Source: an uncultured Terracidiphilus sp.
GTDB lineage: Bacteria > Acidobacteriota > Terriglobia > Terriglobales > Acidobacteriaceae
Direction of reading: 5' to 3'
DNA length: 64,000 nucleotides
Assembly (NCBI GenBank): GCA_964419175.1
Contig: CAYQOQ010000004.1
Coordinates: 115 to 64,114, forward strand
Shown: piece by piece, positions 19,939-30,185 of the stretch
Layout: each line of letters opens with the position of its first letter
Numbering within the stretch: position 1 is the stretch's first letter
Made by a program: the position numbers and the translations under genes
The notes under the pieces: generated by a model
The model's input: the letters and a program-made list of their open reading frames with translations, nothing else
Databases searched by the model: none
What the model was told of the DNA's origin: nothing

Positions 19939-20463
19939 TTATTCGCCACCCAACTTGTAAGGGATTCCAAACCGTCCAATCTGGATTAAAGCCTTCTCCT
20001 CCGGCGGCCAGATGTGCAGACTCTCCAATCGCGTTGAAGCCATGATCTTGTGCGCGTCCGTTGTTCCCACTAGAGCGCCCGTAGCCGCTAGATTGAAATG
20101 AACCCTGAGCGTGTCTCCCGCTTCCGCTCGCGTCCAGCCGAAAGCATACTCGCCCCGCTTCAGAGCGATGTCTCCGATGCGTACCGGTGCCTGCACAATC
20201 ATGTAATGCGAGTACTTCCCTTCTGCCGAGTATCCGGCGGTAATCAAGACAACTCCGGCGATAAAGTGGCCACGCTCATCCACAATGCCTGACGCGGTGC
20301 GCATCTCCGTCTCGATATGCTCATTCTCCACCGCAGCCCGCGACGGCAACACTGAGGCCAACTCCGCCTGTGTGGCCTGGCGCCACGCCGTCCGTTGTGC
20401 CGGCGCTCGCAGTGCAAGTAGCGATAAGACAACTCCGCACAAAACCGCACTTCTCGCGATCAT
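19939..20463 (-). CDS. Exported hypothetical protein (paralog of 24482..25000)
   Basis: Signal peptide; start overlaps the response-regulator stop; shares motifs (TAGYS, PVRIGDIALKRGEYAFG) with 24482..25000. Confidence 0.8.
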   Translation of the reverse strand: MIARSAVLCGVVLSLLALRAPAQRTAWRQATQAELASVLPSRAAVENEHIETEMRTASGIVDERGHFIAGVVLITAGYSAEGKYSHYMIVQAPVRIGDIALKRGEYAFGWTRAEAGDTLRVHFNLAATGALVGTTDAHKIMASTRLESLHIWPPEEKALIQIGRFGIPYKLGGE

Positions 20464-21110
20464 GACTTGGCCTTTCTCAGAGACTCAAGGGGAACAATGC
20501 CTCGCTGAATAGCCGCTGTAGCCGCCTGAGTGCGGTCCGTCACGCCAAGCTTGCCCAGCAAACTGTTGATGTGCGTCTTCACCGTCGCCTCTGAAACGCT
20601 CAACGCCGCCGCTATTTCCTTGTTGCTCTTTCCACGCACAATCTCTTGCAGCACATCGAACTCCCGCGGAGTTAGATCCTCGGTGCCCATGCGCTCAGCC
20701 AGTCTCTCTGCAATTGCGGGCGGAATGTGCGACTTGCCCGCGTGCACCGCGCGAATCGTGGTCACAAGATCTTCGCTCGTCATCCCCTTCAGCAGGTAGG
20801 CGCGCGCTCCGGCTTTCAACGCGCGATAGATGTCTTCGTCGCCGTCGTAGGTGGTCAGCACAATGAACCGGGCCTGTGGCGCTTCTTCCCGAATGCGCTT
20901 GATCGCCTCAACTCCACTCAGCCGGGGCAACCGAAGATCCATCAGCGTGATATCCGGTTGATGCTTGCGAAACTGATCGATGGCTTCAAGCCCATCGGCC
21001 GCCTCCCCCACCACCGTCAATCCGTCCACTACATTCAGCAGCGCAACCAGCCCCTGGCGAACCACGTTGTGGTCCTCCACAATGAGCACTCGAATCGATT
21101 CCGTCGTCAA
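20460..21110 (-). CDS. NarL/LuxR-family response regulator
   Basis: Receiver domain (IVEDH, LMDLRLP, AYLLK) and LuxR HTH (LTPREFDVL...SEATVKTHINSLLGKL). The TTG start at 21110 overlaps the kinase stop. Confidence 0.92.
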   Translation of the reverse strand: MTTESIRVLIVEDHNVVRQGLVALLNVVDGLTVVGEAADGLEAIDQFRKHQPDITLMDLRLPRLSGVEAIKRIREEAPQARFIVLTTYDGDEDIYRALKAGARAYLLKGMTSEDLVTTIRAVHAGKSHIPPAIAERLAERMGTEDLTPREFDVLQEIVRGKSNKEIAAALSVSEATVKTHINSLLGKLGVTDRTQAATAAIQRGIVPLESLRKAKS

Positions 21111-24100
21111 TGCTTTTCTCCCGTCTGTTCGCGCACTGCACCTGGCGCCGGTGCGCATAACCGTACTGTGGTTCCTGTTCCGCGCGCGCTGCTCACTTCA
21201 AGCTTCCCGCCGATCGCCGCCGCGCGCTCTCTCATGCCCGTCAACCCAAAGTGCCCCGATCCAAAGTTGCCTAGTATTGATCTGCCCGCCCCATCCAGTG
21301 CCCCTCCCCGCCCATCGTCGCGGACCTCGAGCTCAATCGTATCCGGACCATACTTCAACTCGACCCACAACTGACTGGCTCCAGCATGCTTCTTCACATT
21401 ATGGATGGCCTCCTGCGCGATCCGCAGCAATTCACGCTCTGTTTCGATCGGCAGCGGTCGATAAGCCCCAAAAACACTGTAATTGGCGGTCAATCCCTCG
21501 CCTCCGGCTCCTTCCGCCAGTCGTCTCAGTTTTACAGGCAGAGTTGTCTCATCCGCATCCTGTGTGCGCAGCGCCCAAATCGACTGGCGGGCGTCGGCCA
21601 GCCCTTCCCGTACATATGCGCGCGTCTGGTTCAGATGTTTTCCCGCATCGTCCAGCTTTCGCTGCCGCAGCAATTCCGCCAATACCTCCAACTGAACAGA
21701 GACGCCTACATAACCTTGCGCGAGCGTATCATGAATTTCGCGCGCGATCCGGCTTCGCTCGCCGAGCACTGCGCGAAATTCGCGCTCGGCCACGTTAAGC
21801 CGCCGCCTCAGCAACAGCACAACCGCCGCCACCACGCCCACCAAAAGCAGCGCGTAGAACCACAGCGTCTGATAGAAATGTGGCCGCAATTCAAAGCTCA
21901 GTGCCGCCCCTTCCCTGCTCCAGAGACCGTCGTTGTTGGCCGCCTGCACGCGGAAGGTGTATCGCCCTGGGGGAATATTCGTGTAATACGCTGTGCGCCG
22001 CGCACCGGCCTCGGTCCAGCCGTGGTCAAAGCCCTCAAGCATGTAGCGGTACCGAACCTTCAGCGGCGCCACAAAACTCAACCCCGCGTAATCGAACTCA
22101 AATCGCACATGTCCCGCTTGCACTTTCAACCAGGAATCAGCTCCGTGCAACGATTGACTTACATCGTCCACTTGAAACCTCTCCAGCGCCACCGGAGGCG
22201 GAATCGTGTTTACGGGAAAGTGCGCCGGGTCCACTTCCACCAATCCCTTGGGCGTGGCAAACCATAGATAGCCGTCCCGTGATTGCCAGGCTGAAGGGTG
22301 GCTGTTGGTCGCTGTCTCGCGGCTATGCAGTCCATCCGCGGCGCCGAACTCCATCCAGTGCTCATACTCTGCCGCGGAGTTGCTTCCACTCCTCACTCCG
22401 TAATTGCAGCGTGCGATTCCGTTGCCCGTGGCGAACCAGAGATGCCCTCCACCATCGGCGAGAATCGTGTGAATCGATGTCTGCTCAAGCCCATTTTGCT
22501 TTGCGGCGGAAAATCTGCGCCCGTCCCACACATTCCACCCGCGGTCCTGCGTCCCGACCAGCAGGGTCCCATCGCCGCGTGGCAGCAGTGCCGTAATCAC
22601 ATTGCTCGAAAGCCCGTTGGCCGTGGTGAAGTTTGAGATTGCGCCATCGTGCAGCCGCGATAACCCCGCCAGTGTCGCCACCCAAAGGTCACCCTTCACG
22701 TCACGAGCCATTGCACCAACCAAGTCGCTGCCCAGCCCGTTCTCATGCGTATAGGTCTCCATCGACGCGGCGGAAGGCACACCGCCCGCCTTGTTGTTTC
22801 CAATCTTCCAGTGCGTCAATCCGCGCCGGGTGCCAATCCAAAGCGAACCATCGGCGTCTATCAGCAGCGAACGGATGAAGTCGTCCGGGAGCCCATCGAT
22901 CGAGGTGAAGGTAGCAACGCTGTTGCCGCGAATCCGGTTGAGTCCGTCCGGAGTGCCCACCCAAACGTCGCCACTCGGTGCGGCCGCAAGCGACAAAATC
23001 ACATCGCTCGCCAAGCCATTCCGCACGGTCCAGTTCCGCGCCAGGCTCATTCCGTTACCGCTTCGCCGCAGCGCACTCAAGCCGTTCTCCTGGGTTCCCA
23101 CCCAAAGTGTCCCGCCGCCGTCTTCCATCACCGCGGTCGTGGCATCGGATGCAAGGCCCTCACGCACATCAAAGATGCGGAACCGCTGGTCGCGCAGAAT
23201 GTGCAGCCCATCGGATTCGGTTCCCACCCAGAGATCGCCCTCACGGTCTTCCATCAGCGCCAGCACCGACGCCGTGGCCAGCGGATCGGTCACCGGAAGC
23301 CGCTGCAGCTTTCCCTCCGCCCATCGAGCCAGCCCATCGTCGGTCCCGATCCACAAACTGCCTTCGCGGTCGGTGAACAATGCCTGAATTCGATTTCCAG
23401 GCAACTCCTTGCCCACCATCAGCCGCGCTGCGATGCGGTCACCATGCAAAATCACCAAAATATTCTTGTCGGCGAATGCGCTTCCTTCCCCGTTCAGCGC
23501 CACAAACTTGATGCCGTCTTTCGGCAATCCGGACTTCTCTGCGCCTTTTCTCCACGGCTCGCCCACGGACGCCGGCTTGTCCACCCAGAAACCGCTGCTG
23601 CCCTTTGTCGTCACCGCCGTAATGGCATTACCGGGACGCCACTCTCCGGCGGCGACAAATTTGCCGCCGCTCAGCCGTGCCAGTCCTTGATCTGTGTAGA
23701 CCCATGGTTCCCCGCCGGTTCCCTCTGCCAATGCCCGAATCCCATTCCCCGGCAGTCCATCGCGCGTCGAGTACGCTTTGATCTCGCCATCCTTCCATCG
23801 CGCCAGCCCCTCGCTGGTGCCCACCCACAATGCGCCATCCCGCGCCTCAAGAAGGCAACAAACATCGTTCCCCGGCAGAGCAGGATTCGAACTGCGATCA
23901 AAGACCTGGAAGCCAACGCCGTCAAAACGTACCAGCCCAGCTTCCGTCCCCAGCCACACAAAGCCGTCCCGCGTCTGCACCAGAGCCTGCACGGTATTTT
24001 GCGGGAGTCCGCTCTCCATGGCCCATATCTGCCGGCCAAAATTAGCCAGCGGCGTCGAGGGCTCGACAGCCAGCCCGGCAGGCACGCAGATGAGCAGCAC

Positions 24101-24130
24101 CGCAGCGGCACAGGCCAGGCACAACATCAT
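21107..24130 (-). CDS. Sensor histidine kinase: Reg_prop propellers + Y_Y_Y + HisKA_3 + HATPase
   Basis: Many WxGT/GLP repeats, RYRYMLEGFD...YTNIPPGRYTFRVQAAN, a TM helix, RIAREIHDTLAQG and HFGLTGMRERA. Start uncertain (24130 to 24355). Confidence 0.9.
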   Translation of the reverse strand: MMLCLACAAAVLLICVPAGLAVEPSTPLANFGRQIWAMESGLPQNTVQALVQTRDGFVWLGTEAGLVRFDGVGFQVFDRSSNPALPGNDVCCLLEARDGALWVGTSEGLARWKDGEIKAYSTRDGLPGNGIRALAEGTGGEPWVYTDQGLARLSGGKFVAAGEWRPGNAITAVTTKGSSGFWVDKPASVGEPWRKGAEKSGLPKDGIKFVALNGEGSAFADKNILVILHGDRIAARLMVGKELPGNRIQALFTDREGSLWIGTDDGLARWAEGKLQRLPVTDPLATASVLALMEDREGDLWVGTESDGLHILRDQRFRIFDVREGLASDATTAVMEDGGGTLWVGTQENGLSALRRSGNGMSLARNWTVRNGLASDVILSLAAAPSGDVWVGTPDGLNRIRGNSVATFTSIDGLPDDFIRSLLIDADGSLWIGTRRGLTHWKIGNNKAGGVPSAASMETYTHENGLGSDLVGAMARDVKGDLWVATLAGLSRLHDGAISNFTTANGLSSNVITALLPRGDGTLLVGTQDRGWNVWDGRRFSAAKQNGLEQTSIHTILADGGGHLWFATGNGIARCNYGVRSGSNSAAEYEHWMEFGAADGLHSRETATNSHPSAWQSRDGYLWFATPKGLVEVDPAHFPVNTIPPPVALERFQVDDVSQSLHGADSWLKVQAGHVRFEFDYAGLSFVAPLKVRYRYMLEGFDHGWTEAGARRTAYYTNIPPGRYTFRVQAANNDGLWSREGAALSFELRPHFYQTLWFYALLLVGVVAAVVLLLRRRLNVAEREFRAVLGERSRIAREIHDTLAQGYVGVSVQLEVLAELLRQRKLDDAGKHLNQTRAYVREGLADARQSIWALRTQDADETTLPVKLRRLAEGAGGEGLTANYSVFGAYRPLPIETERELLRIAQEAIHNVKKHAGASQLWVELKYGPDTIELEVRDDGRGGALDGAGRSILGNFGSGHFGLTGMRERAAAIGGKLEVSSARGTGTTVRLCAPAPGAVREQTGEKH

Positions 24131-24481
24131 CTTCAAGTGGGATTTCCCGGCCCGGGGTCGCAACCTTCGCCGCCCAACCGCGTGCGACAGTGCAAACGCA
24201 TGCTTCACAGCCTGTCGCCATGCGGTGTTTGCCGCCACATCGTTCGCGATGGTTCGAAGCTGGTTCATAAAAGCGGTTAGTGGACCCTTTATGCAGAATC
24301 CAGCCTGCATTGAAGATTGAAAGCCTCTGCCATTATAGGAGTCCATCGCCAACAAATGCCGGTTTCAGCCATCCGAGCGAGCGGCCCTGCCGAAGCGCTA
24401 GCGCGAGCTTTGGGCAAAGAGCAAGATCACACCAGGTTGCGCTATACTGCGGGACACGTAAGCAACAGGGAGGTTTTTGGG

Positions 24482-25000
24482 ATGCAAAACTGGAAAAGTA
24501 TCAAGAAAGCAGCCGGGGTCCTCGCCGCTCTGGTGATAGTGACATCGATGTCTGCTTTGGCGCAGGGCGGCGCAACGCTTCTCAAGCCGGCCGAAATGAA
24601 CAAGCTCATGCCTCAATCCGTGTTCTATCGCGGGCAAACGGCGAGCACGCAACTGCGGAATTCCGCCGGCATCAAGTTTGCCGACGGGTTCTTTGTTTTA
24701 GCCAGTCTGGTGGACACCAGCGGATATTCCACTGGCGTCGCTGCCAAATACCAGGCCTATTTCATCACCGAGGTTCCTATCAAGGTGGCGGGCCAAAGCC
24801 TTGCTGCAGGCGCTTATGGGATCGGGTTCATCGACGGCGACAAGTTCCTGGTCACCGACCTGGGCGCACACGAGATACTGAGTGTGGCCTCTGCCACTGA
24901 TACCGACATGAAACGCCCGGTGCCGCTCCAGATCCTGTCCGAGGCAAGCGGTGGGTTCCGCCTTTATACCGGTCGCAAGTATGTCGCCTTGAGCCGCTGA
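24482..25000 (+). CDS. Exported hypothetical protein (paralog of 19939..20463)
   Basis: GGGAGG RBS before ATG 24482, a signal peptide, and TSGYS...EVPIKVAGQSLAAGAYGIG. Confidence 0.8.
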   Translation: MQNWKSIKKAAGVLAALVIVTSMSALAQGGATLLKPAEMNKLMPQSVFYRGQTASTQLRNSAGIKFADGFFVLASLVDTSGYSTGVAAKYQAYFITEVPIKVAGQSLAAGAYGIGFIDGDKFLVTDLGAHEILSVASATDTDMKRPVPLQILSEASGGFRLYTGRKYVALSR

Positions 25001-25146
25001 ACTGGGCACGATTGTATTGACCGGTGGAGTTCCGAGCTTGATGCGGGAATCCACCGGATTCACTACGCCACCGGGTCCTGGTTTTACTCCGCCGGTGGCG
25101 CCCATCGGGCAGTTCACAATCCGATGAGCGCTCTCATCGGATTGTG
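24999..25146. other. Multi-hairpin structured intergenic element ending in a perfect 14-bp stem (probable bidirectional terminator)
   Basis: Stems CCGGTGGA/TCCACCGG (25021-25057), GCCACCGG/CCGGTGGC (25067-25099), outer TGAACTG/CAGTTCA, and CACAATCCGATGAG-cgct-CTCATCGGATTGTG (25115-25146). Confidence 0.7.
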
Positions 25147-25229
25147 TTTAGGGCTCGGGCAAATCTGGACTTGCCTGCAGTACATGCGCAAGCTGATCCC
25201 GATTCAGGCAACTGCCAGACCAGCTTTGG

Positions 25230-26474
25230 TTACCAGTACTCAACCGCAACGATTTGTGGTGGTCCAGAATTGCCTTGAATGACCGGGGTGGCCAAAACAA
25301 CTTCCACGTTCTTTCCGCTCCAATTGGCCGGCGCCATTCGTTTCAGGGCGTCCAGGTTGCTCCGGTCCATGAGGAACTCGCTGGCGGCCATCGTTCCATT
25401 CGGCCCAATCCCTGCAGCTACGACCAGAGGTTGATTGAGCGTGTCATCGTGAGTAATCGCCGCGATTGCATAGTCCTGGGTCCTATCGGAATAGGGGACA
25501 TGAAAATTGACGCTCCAGCGCCCATCCGGTTTCGCCTTACTGTCGACGATCTCGCCTTCCTCTGCGTCTGTGCCTCTGAAGTGGAAGCGCAGCTTCTCGG
25601 TCAATCGCAGCGTCCAAGGATTATCCAGAGCGCCAATCAGGATGGCCGGCCCAGCCCGCAGATCGTCGAACGTCGTATTCCGCGCGAGCTGTACCCGATT
25701 GGCTTTGCGGTGGCTATTCAGCAGCACTTGAAAGCGGGAGAGCGCCACGGCGTCTGAGAGTGGTATCACCGTGTTGTTTGCGGTCGGCTGACCCAGTGCC
25801 GTTGCTTCCGCCTGATCGTTGACTCCAGGCTGGTTTTGAGCAAGCAGGGGCGACCCGATACAGAGGATGACATCGTTGGGACTCTTCCATAGAGGCCTCA
25901 GCAGGTCTCGTTGCGTTGGCGGCCAATCCATGTATTGGCTTCCAAGCGCAATTGCGAACGCGACCACCATGAGCGATCCGGTTACGATAGCGAGCCTCAT
26001 CCAGCGCGAGTGGCGTGTGCTCGTCTGTGCCTGCTCCATGGAATGGTCTGTTGGGGAAATCGCAGAGGCGTCGGTTCCTGCAACAACTTCCGGTATCTTC
26101 CCGAGCGGGCGCCGAAAACGTGCCGCATACGACCCGGATGGCAGATCTATCCGCAGCTCGTCTTCGTGGCCGTCTTCCTGGTAGTACTGCGCGATCCGCT
26201 TTCTTACCTCGGCTGCGGCGACTCGAACGATGGAGTCTCCAGCAGTATCGAAACCTGGCTCGCGTCCAAACACCTCGATGCCCAGGGTGCGCTCTTTCAA
26301 GGTGTCGGAGTGGCCATCGATGGTCTGTTGCACCACGTAGCGCAGCAGATCGGTATACCGGCGGCTGTTCTTGAAATGGGGGCTAGCAAGCAGCCGCTCA
26401 GTCTGCAGCAGCACAGCGTCCTTGTCTGCAAGGGATAATTCGATCAATTCCGCGCTCTTCTGAGGACTCACCAT
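25230..26474 (-). CDS. Membrane-anchored putative transcriptional regulator (N-terminal wHTH-like domain, TM, periplasmic domain)
   Basis: LASPHFKNSRRYTDLLRYVV...LKERTLGIEVFGR...DSIVRVAAAEVRKRIAQYY, one TM helix and a C-terminal extracytoplasmic domain. Start set by alignment with its paralog (MVSPQ vs MATPQ). DNA-binding function is inferred. Confidence 0.75.
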   Translation of the reverse strand: MVSPQKSAELIELSLADKDAVLLQTERLLASPHFKNSRRYTDLLRYVVQQTIDGHSDTLKERTLGIEVFGREPGFDTAGDSIVRVAAAEVRKRIAQYYQEDGHEDELRIDLPSGSYAARFRRPLGKIPEVVAGTDASAISPTDHSMEQAQTSTRHSRWMRLAIVTGSLMVVAFAIALGSQYMDWPPTQRDLLRPLWKSPNDVILCIGSPLLAQNQPGVNDQAEATALGQPTANNTVIPLSDAVALSRFQVLLNSHRKANRVQLARNTTFDDLRAGPAILIGALDNPWTLRLTEKLRFHFRGTDAEEGEIVDSKAKPDGRWSVNFHVPYSDRTQDYAIAAITHDDTLNQPLVVAAGIGPNGTMAASEFLMDRSNLDALKRMAPANWSGKNVEVVLATPVIQGNSGPPQIVAVEYW

Positions 26475-26494
26475 GCTCGGGTTCATTCGGAAGC

Positions 26495-26506
26495 AAGTAT
26501 ACCCCC
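26495..26506 (-). promoter_or_regulatory. GGGGGTATACTT motif (-10 region) shared with the paralog upstream region
   Basis: The identical 12-mer sits 20 nt upstream of this ATG and 22 nt upstream of the ATG at 39064. Confidence 0.55.
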
Positions 26507-26742
26507 GGCCCATGAGACACGCACACAGGAGCTGCTTGTGAACCTGGTCTTACCGAAGCCTCAAACAATGTTCCTATCGTTCCAACGGCGAACGCATATC
26601 CACTTTAAATACATTACCTTACAGATTCCACATGGCGTCAAAGGCGATCAACCGAGCGAAACGGCGCCGCCCACGAGCTCACTTTGTTGGTGGGGCGCAC
26701 AGTTGGGTGAGATGAGTTCGGCGGCACTCATGAGAGAGGCTG

Positions 26743-26775
26743 GCCGCACCCTCCACTCTTAGTGGAGGGTGCGGC
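26743..26775 (-). terminator. Perfect 15-bp hairpin downstream of GH106
   Basis: GCCGCACCCTCCACT-ctt-AGTGGAGGGTGCGGC, about 20 nt after the stop codon. Confidence 0.7.
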
Positions 26776-26795
26776 GAATATCTTCCCTTCTCTCT

Positions 26796-29700
26796 TTACT
26801 CAGCAGCAATGGCATACAGGCGCACCGGCCCGAGCAGCCCGGAAGGCAGCAACTTTGAACTGGCCTTGTAGGGTTTCACGGTGGTGAATGTGACCTTGGT
26901 TGCGCCCGGCTGTTGGTCGCCAATGAGGCGGTTTACCCACGCATTGGTTACCTTGACCGATATTTGGTTAGCGCCGGGCTTCAGAGCGGCAGTTGCATCG
27001 ATGCGATAGGGCGTGTGCCAGACAGTGCCCAGAGACTTGCCGTTGACTGTAACCTCGGCCAAGTTCTTCACATCGCCCAGATCGATCCACACATGCGCGC
27101 CTTTTTTGAACCATTCGGGGTTGGCGTTGATGGTCTTCGTGTAAGTGCCGGTCCCGGAGAAGTACTTCACTCCGGCATCGGTGCTTTCGCTCCAGGATGA
27201 GAGGTTGTCGAGCGTAATGGACGGCGGAGCGCCTCGATCGGCCTGGAACGCGACGGCCCACGGACCTTCAACGGTGACGAGTTCCTTCTCTGTTTGAACG
27301 GGAAGCGTGTGAGCGGTCGCATGGGCCGCCTTGCGGAAGACCACGAAGACCGTGCCCCAGGGTTCCAGCTTCAACGGCACGTTGGTTCGGCCGTTCGCGA
27401 TTTTGAAGGAGACCGGCTCTGATTTGCCGGTTTCAGCAAACCATAACTCTGGCGCCTTGCCTGTAACTCTAAAGCTGGCGTCCACGGTTTCGCTGCGGTC
27501 GCGGCGGTTGTCGATAAAGTAGAGGTCGCCATCGCTCAGTTTGCGATGGACAAAGAGAATGCTCGTGTCGTTTTCCGGCTTGCTGTAGTCGAAGTCGGGC
27601 GCCACGTGGAGGGCGGCAAAGACATCGGTCAAACTCTGTCCTGCATAAACCGCGCCCTTGCCAACAGAGTGCACACCCGTGCCATCGCCGAATAACTCGG
27701 CGCTCAGCTTTTGGAACTCGGCCTGATTGTCAGACAGGCTTGGATCGTCGATCGGCTTCGGTCCGGCGACAACGGCGCCTGCCGTCACCAGTTTGTGAAT
27801 GGCGCGCAGCACCGGCAGCGACATATGCTGGCTATACGGATCGAGCCCCAGCACTTTGTAGCTCATCCCGCTCTTGGTTGTTACCTGACCATTCGCAACA
27901 TTCAGTTCGTGGATCAGGGCATCCGCATTCACGTAGTCGAAGCCATATCCGGCTGGAATGTCAGGCGCCTTCTCGTTGAAGATCGCAGTCAGGTTTGAGT
28001 CTTCGCCATAGAAGTAGATCAGGTCCGCACCGAAGCGGCCCTGCTGCAGGAGAAAGCTGGTGCGCGCCAGATAGTTAACCCACGGACCTGCTTGTTCGGC
28101 CCAGGTCTCGTTGCGGTTGAACCATTGACCGAACGGTCCCAGGGTCAGGCCGGGGGCAGTTCCCTTGCCCACCAGCGGCTGATGGGCCGACTCGTGAATT
28201 ACAAAGCGATTGATGCCGTTCAGAAACTCCTGATCGGCTGTAGGTTTCAGCGTTGACGGCGACCAACCCCAGGGCGCCGCTGCCGCGGTCATGGATTCGG
28301 CGGCAGCAAGGTTCTGGCCATAGATGTGCGCTACAGAGGCCGATTCGCGATCATCCGCGTTGTACCCGTACTGCACGTTATTAACCCCTGGTGACTGCGT
28401 CCACATCGCACTCATGGGCACTTCGTTGAACTTCTTCACTTCCATGCCATCGGCAACAAAGGCGCGCCCGGACTCGTGCGACTCGCCGTAATGGCCCATG
28501 CCCCGCTCATGCAGCGTTGCTTCCAGTTGTCCGTAGTGCTCGTTGGCAATGAGGTCGGCAATCGTTTTGCGGAAATCCCATAGAAAGCGATCGCTGGCCT
28601 CAGACGACTCCACCACCTGGCCAGTGAGAACCGGCATCCATGGAACGGGATCGTAGCCGCGCAGTTTCTTGAACTGCTCGACCATGTTGTCGGTCCAGTT
28701 CTGCGATCCGGCTTCCCAGCTATCGTTGATCACATAGTGAATCCCCTTCTTCCCCATCAGTTCAGGACCCACTGTTTCCTTATAGCTGTCCAGATATTTA
28801 TCGAAGTAATCTTTCACATACCGGCGGTCGAGTTTATCCACTTCCAGTCCGGTTGCCTCCGCAGTCGCGGGATGGTTGGTGATGCCAAGCAGTGAATACC
28901 CGAACCGAAGCACCACCCAATCGCCGGCTGGAGGCGTCCAGTTCAACGTTCCATCGGGGCCCACCTTCGACGTCAGATCGATTACATCGGATTTTGCTAC
29001 GGCTTCAGAGATGGCAACCGCCGGCGTCGCGAGGGGGTAGATGTCTCCCGCGGAAGAAAAAGCGGCCTTGTCTTCAAACAGGTTTACGCGTGCTCCGGCG
29101 TGCAGCACCAGCTCGGCAATCGCATAATTCGGGTCTGGGTCGTGACCGGCGAATCCAAACGAACTCGTATCCACATCGCCCATCCACGAGGGCAACGGAG
29201 GAGGAGGCGATGGCTTGAAGGTGACGCGGAAATACTTCGCCGTCACTGCCGGAAAAGCATAGGTGTGTTCGGCCGCGTCGCCACCTGTCAACTTTGCCAC
29301 CTCTTTGAAGTTCTTCCCGTCGTCGCTCGCCTCAAGGGCTCTGTCCACCCTGCCAGTGAACATGGCGGCAAAACCGGTAGGATCGTTGCCGGCAATGGTC
29401 ACAGACCGGATACTCTGCGGCTTGGCAAACTCATATTGTATCCAGGAGCTCGCGCCAGCAGCAGGTTTTGGCAGCTTGGTCGTCTTCTGCAAGTCGCCAT
29501 CCCGCAGCATCGCAAAATCCGGAGAGCCTCCGCTGGCGGTCAACTTCGGGTGCAGCGCTTCAATGGGCGTATCGACGGACGACCTGCGGTAGGCCACTAC
29601 CACGGAATCGGCGTAAAACTGCGGAATCGGCGCCGCACCGGCCGGTGCACTGAGAGCATCTTGTATTCCGATGTTTTGAAACGCTCCTGTATTTCCCGGC

Positions 29701-30185
29701 GGATTGGGAAGTTTGCCGCTGAAGGGTTTACCCCCTTCAACCGATGTTTCGCTCCATACATATTTCTTCATGCCCTGGGAGGCTGGCACCCAAGGCCCAC
29801 CGGACTCGCTCCAGCCGGGAGAGCCTGCGATCGCCTCTTCCATCCCCAACTGGTTGCCAAAAGTAATCGCGTATTTAAATGCATCCTTCCACTCCGGGGT
29901 CATATAGGCAAGCCGATGATCGACGACCTTTGGAGTTTCCAACGCGGCATCAAAGTTCTGGAAGCCACCGAGTCCAACGCGATGCATCCATTCCAAATCC
30001 AGCTTGATGCCGTCCTTGGTGATATTGCCATTCATCCAGTGCCACCACACGCGGGGGCGAGCACTCTCCGGCGGATTCGCAAAGCCGCTCTTGAGCGGAT
30101 CGGGTTGGTTCTGCGCACAGGCGGCACCTAAGGCAAGAACCGTCACCAAACCTGTCGAGATCAGTCCTCTTGTCCAGAAACTCAT
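26796..30185 (-). CDS. GH106-family alpha-L-rhamnosidase-like glycoside hydrolase
   Basis: Signal peptide, GFANPPESARPRVWWHWMNGNITKDGIKLDLEWM, YVINDSWEAG, EFLNGINRFVIHESAHQP and LPSGLLGPV. Confidence 0.88.
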   Translation of the reverse strand: MSFWTRGLISTGLVTVLALGAACAQNQPDPLKSGFANPPESARPRVWWHWMNGNITKDGIKLDLEWMHRVGLGGFQNFDAALETPKVVDHRLAYMTPEWKDAFKYAITFGNQLGMEEAIAGSPGWSESGGPWVPASQGMKKYVWSETSVEGGKPFSGKLPNPPGNTGAFQNIGIQDALSAPAGAAPIPQFYADSVVVAYRRSSVDTPIEALHPKLTASGGSPDFAMLRDGDLQKTTKLPKPAAGASSWIQYEFAKPQSIRSVTIAGNDPTGFAAMFTGRVDRALEASDDGKNFKEVAKLTGGDAAEHTYAFPAVTAKYFRVTFKPSPPPPLPSWMGDVDTSSFGFAGHDPDPNYAIAELVLHAGARVNLFEDKAAFSSAGDIYPLATPAVAISEAVAKSDVIDLTSKVGPDGTLNWTPPAGDWVVLRFGYSLLGITNHPATAEATGLEVDKLDRRYVKDYFDKYLDSYKETVGPELMGKKGIHYVINDSWEAGSQNWTDNMVEQFKKLRGYDPVPWMPVLTGQVVESSEASDRFLWDFRKTIADLIANEHYGQLEATLHERGMGHYGESHESGRAFVADGMEVKKFNEVPMSAMWTQSPGVNNVQYGYNADDRESASVAHIYGQNLAAAESMTAAAAPWGWSPSTLKPTADQEFLNGINRFVIHESAHQPLVGKGTAPGLTLGPFGQWFNRNETWAEQAGPWVNYLARTSFLLQQGRFGADLIYFYGEDSNLTAIFNEKAPDIPAGYGFDYVNADALIHELNVANGQVTTKSGMSYKVLGLDPYSQHMSLPVLRAIHKLVTAGAVVAGPKPIDDPSLSDNQAEFQKLSAELFGDGTGVHSVGKGAVYAGQSLTDVFAALHVAPDFDYSKPENDTSILFVHRKLSDGDLYFIDNRRDRSETVDASFRVTGKAPELWFAETGKSEPVSFKIANGRTNVPLKLEPWGTVFVVFRKAAHATAHTLPVQTEKELVTVEGPWAVAFQADRGAPPSITLDNLSSWSESTDAGVKYFSGTGTYTKTINANPEWFKKGAHVWIDLGDVKNLAEVTVNGKSLGTVWHTPYRIDATAALKPGANQISVKVTNAWVNRLIGDQQPGATKVTFTTVKPYKASSKLLPSGLLGPVRLYAIAAE

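Noticed and set aside
22745-24280. 511-aa plus-strand ORF; also 12018..13019, 16324..17304, 29100..30131 and 60285..61436
   Set aside because: Antisense shadows of well-supported genes in GC-rich DNA; no recognisable motifs.
24999-25146. tRNA, SRP RNA or known riboswitch
   Set aside because: No T-loop/anticodon geometry, SRP core or riboswitch consensus recognised; the position between convergent genes is not a 5' leader.
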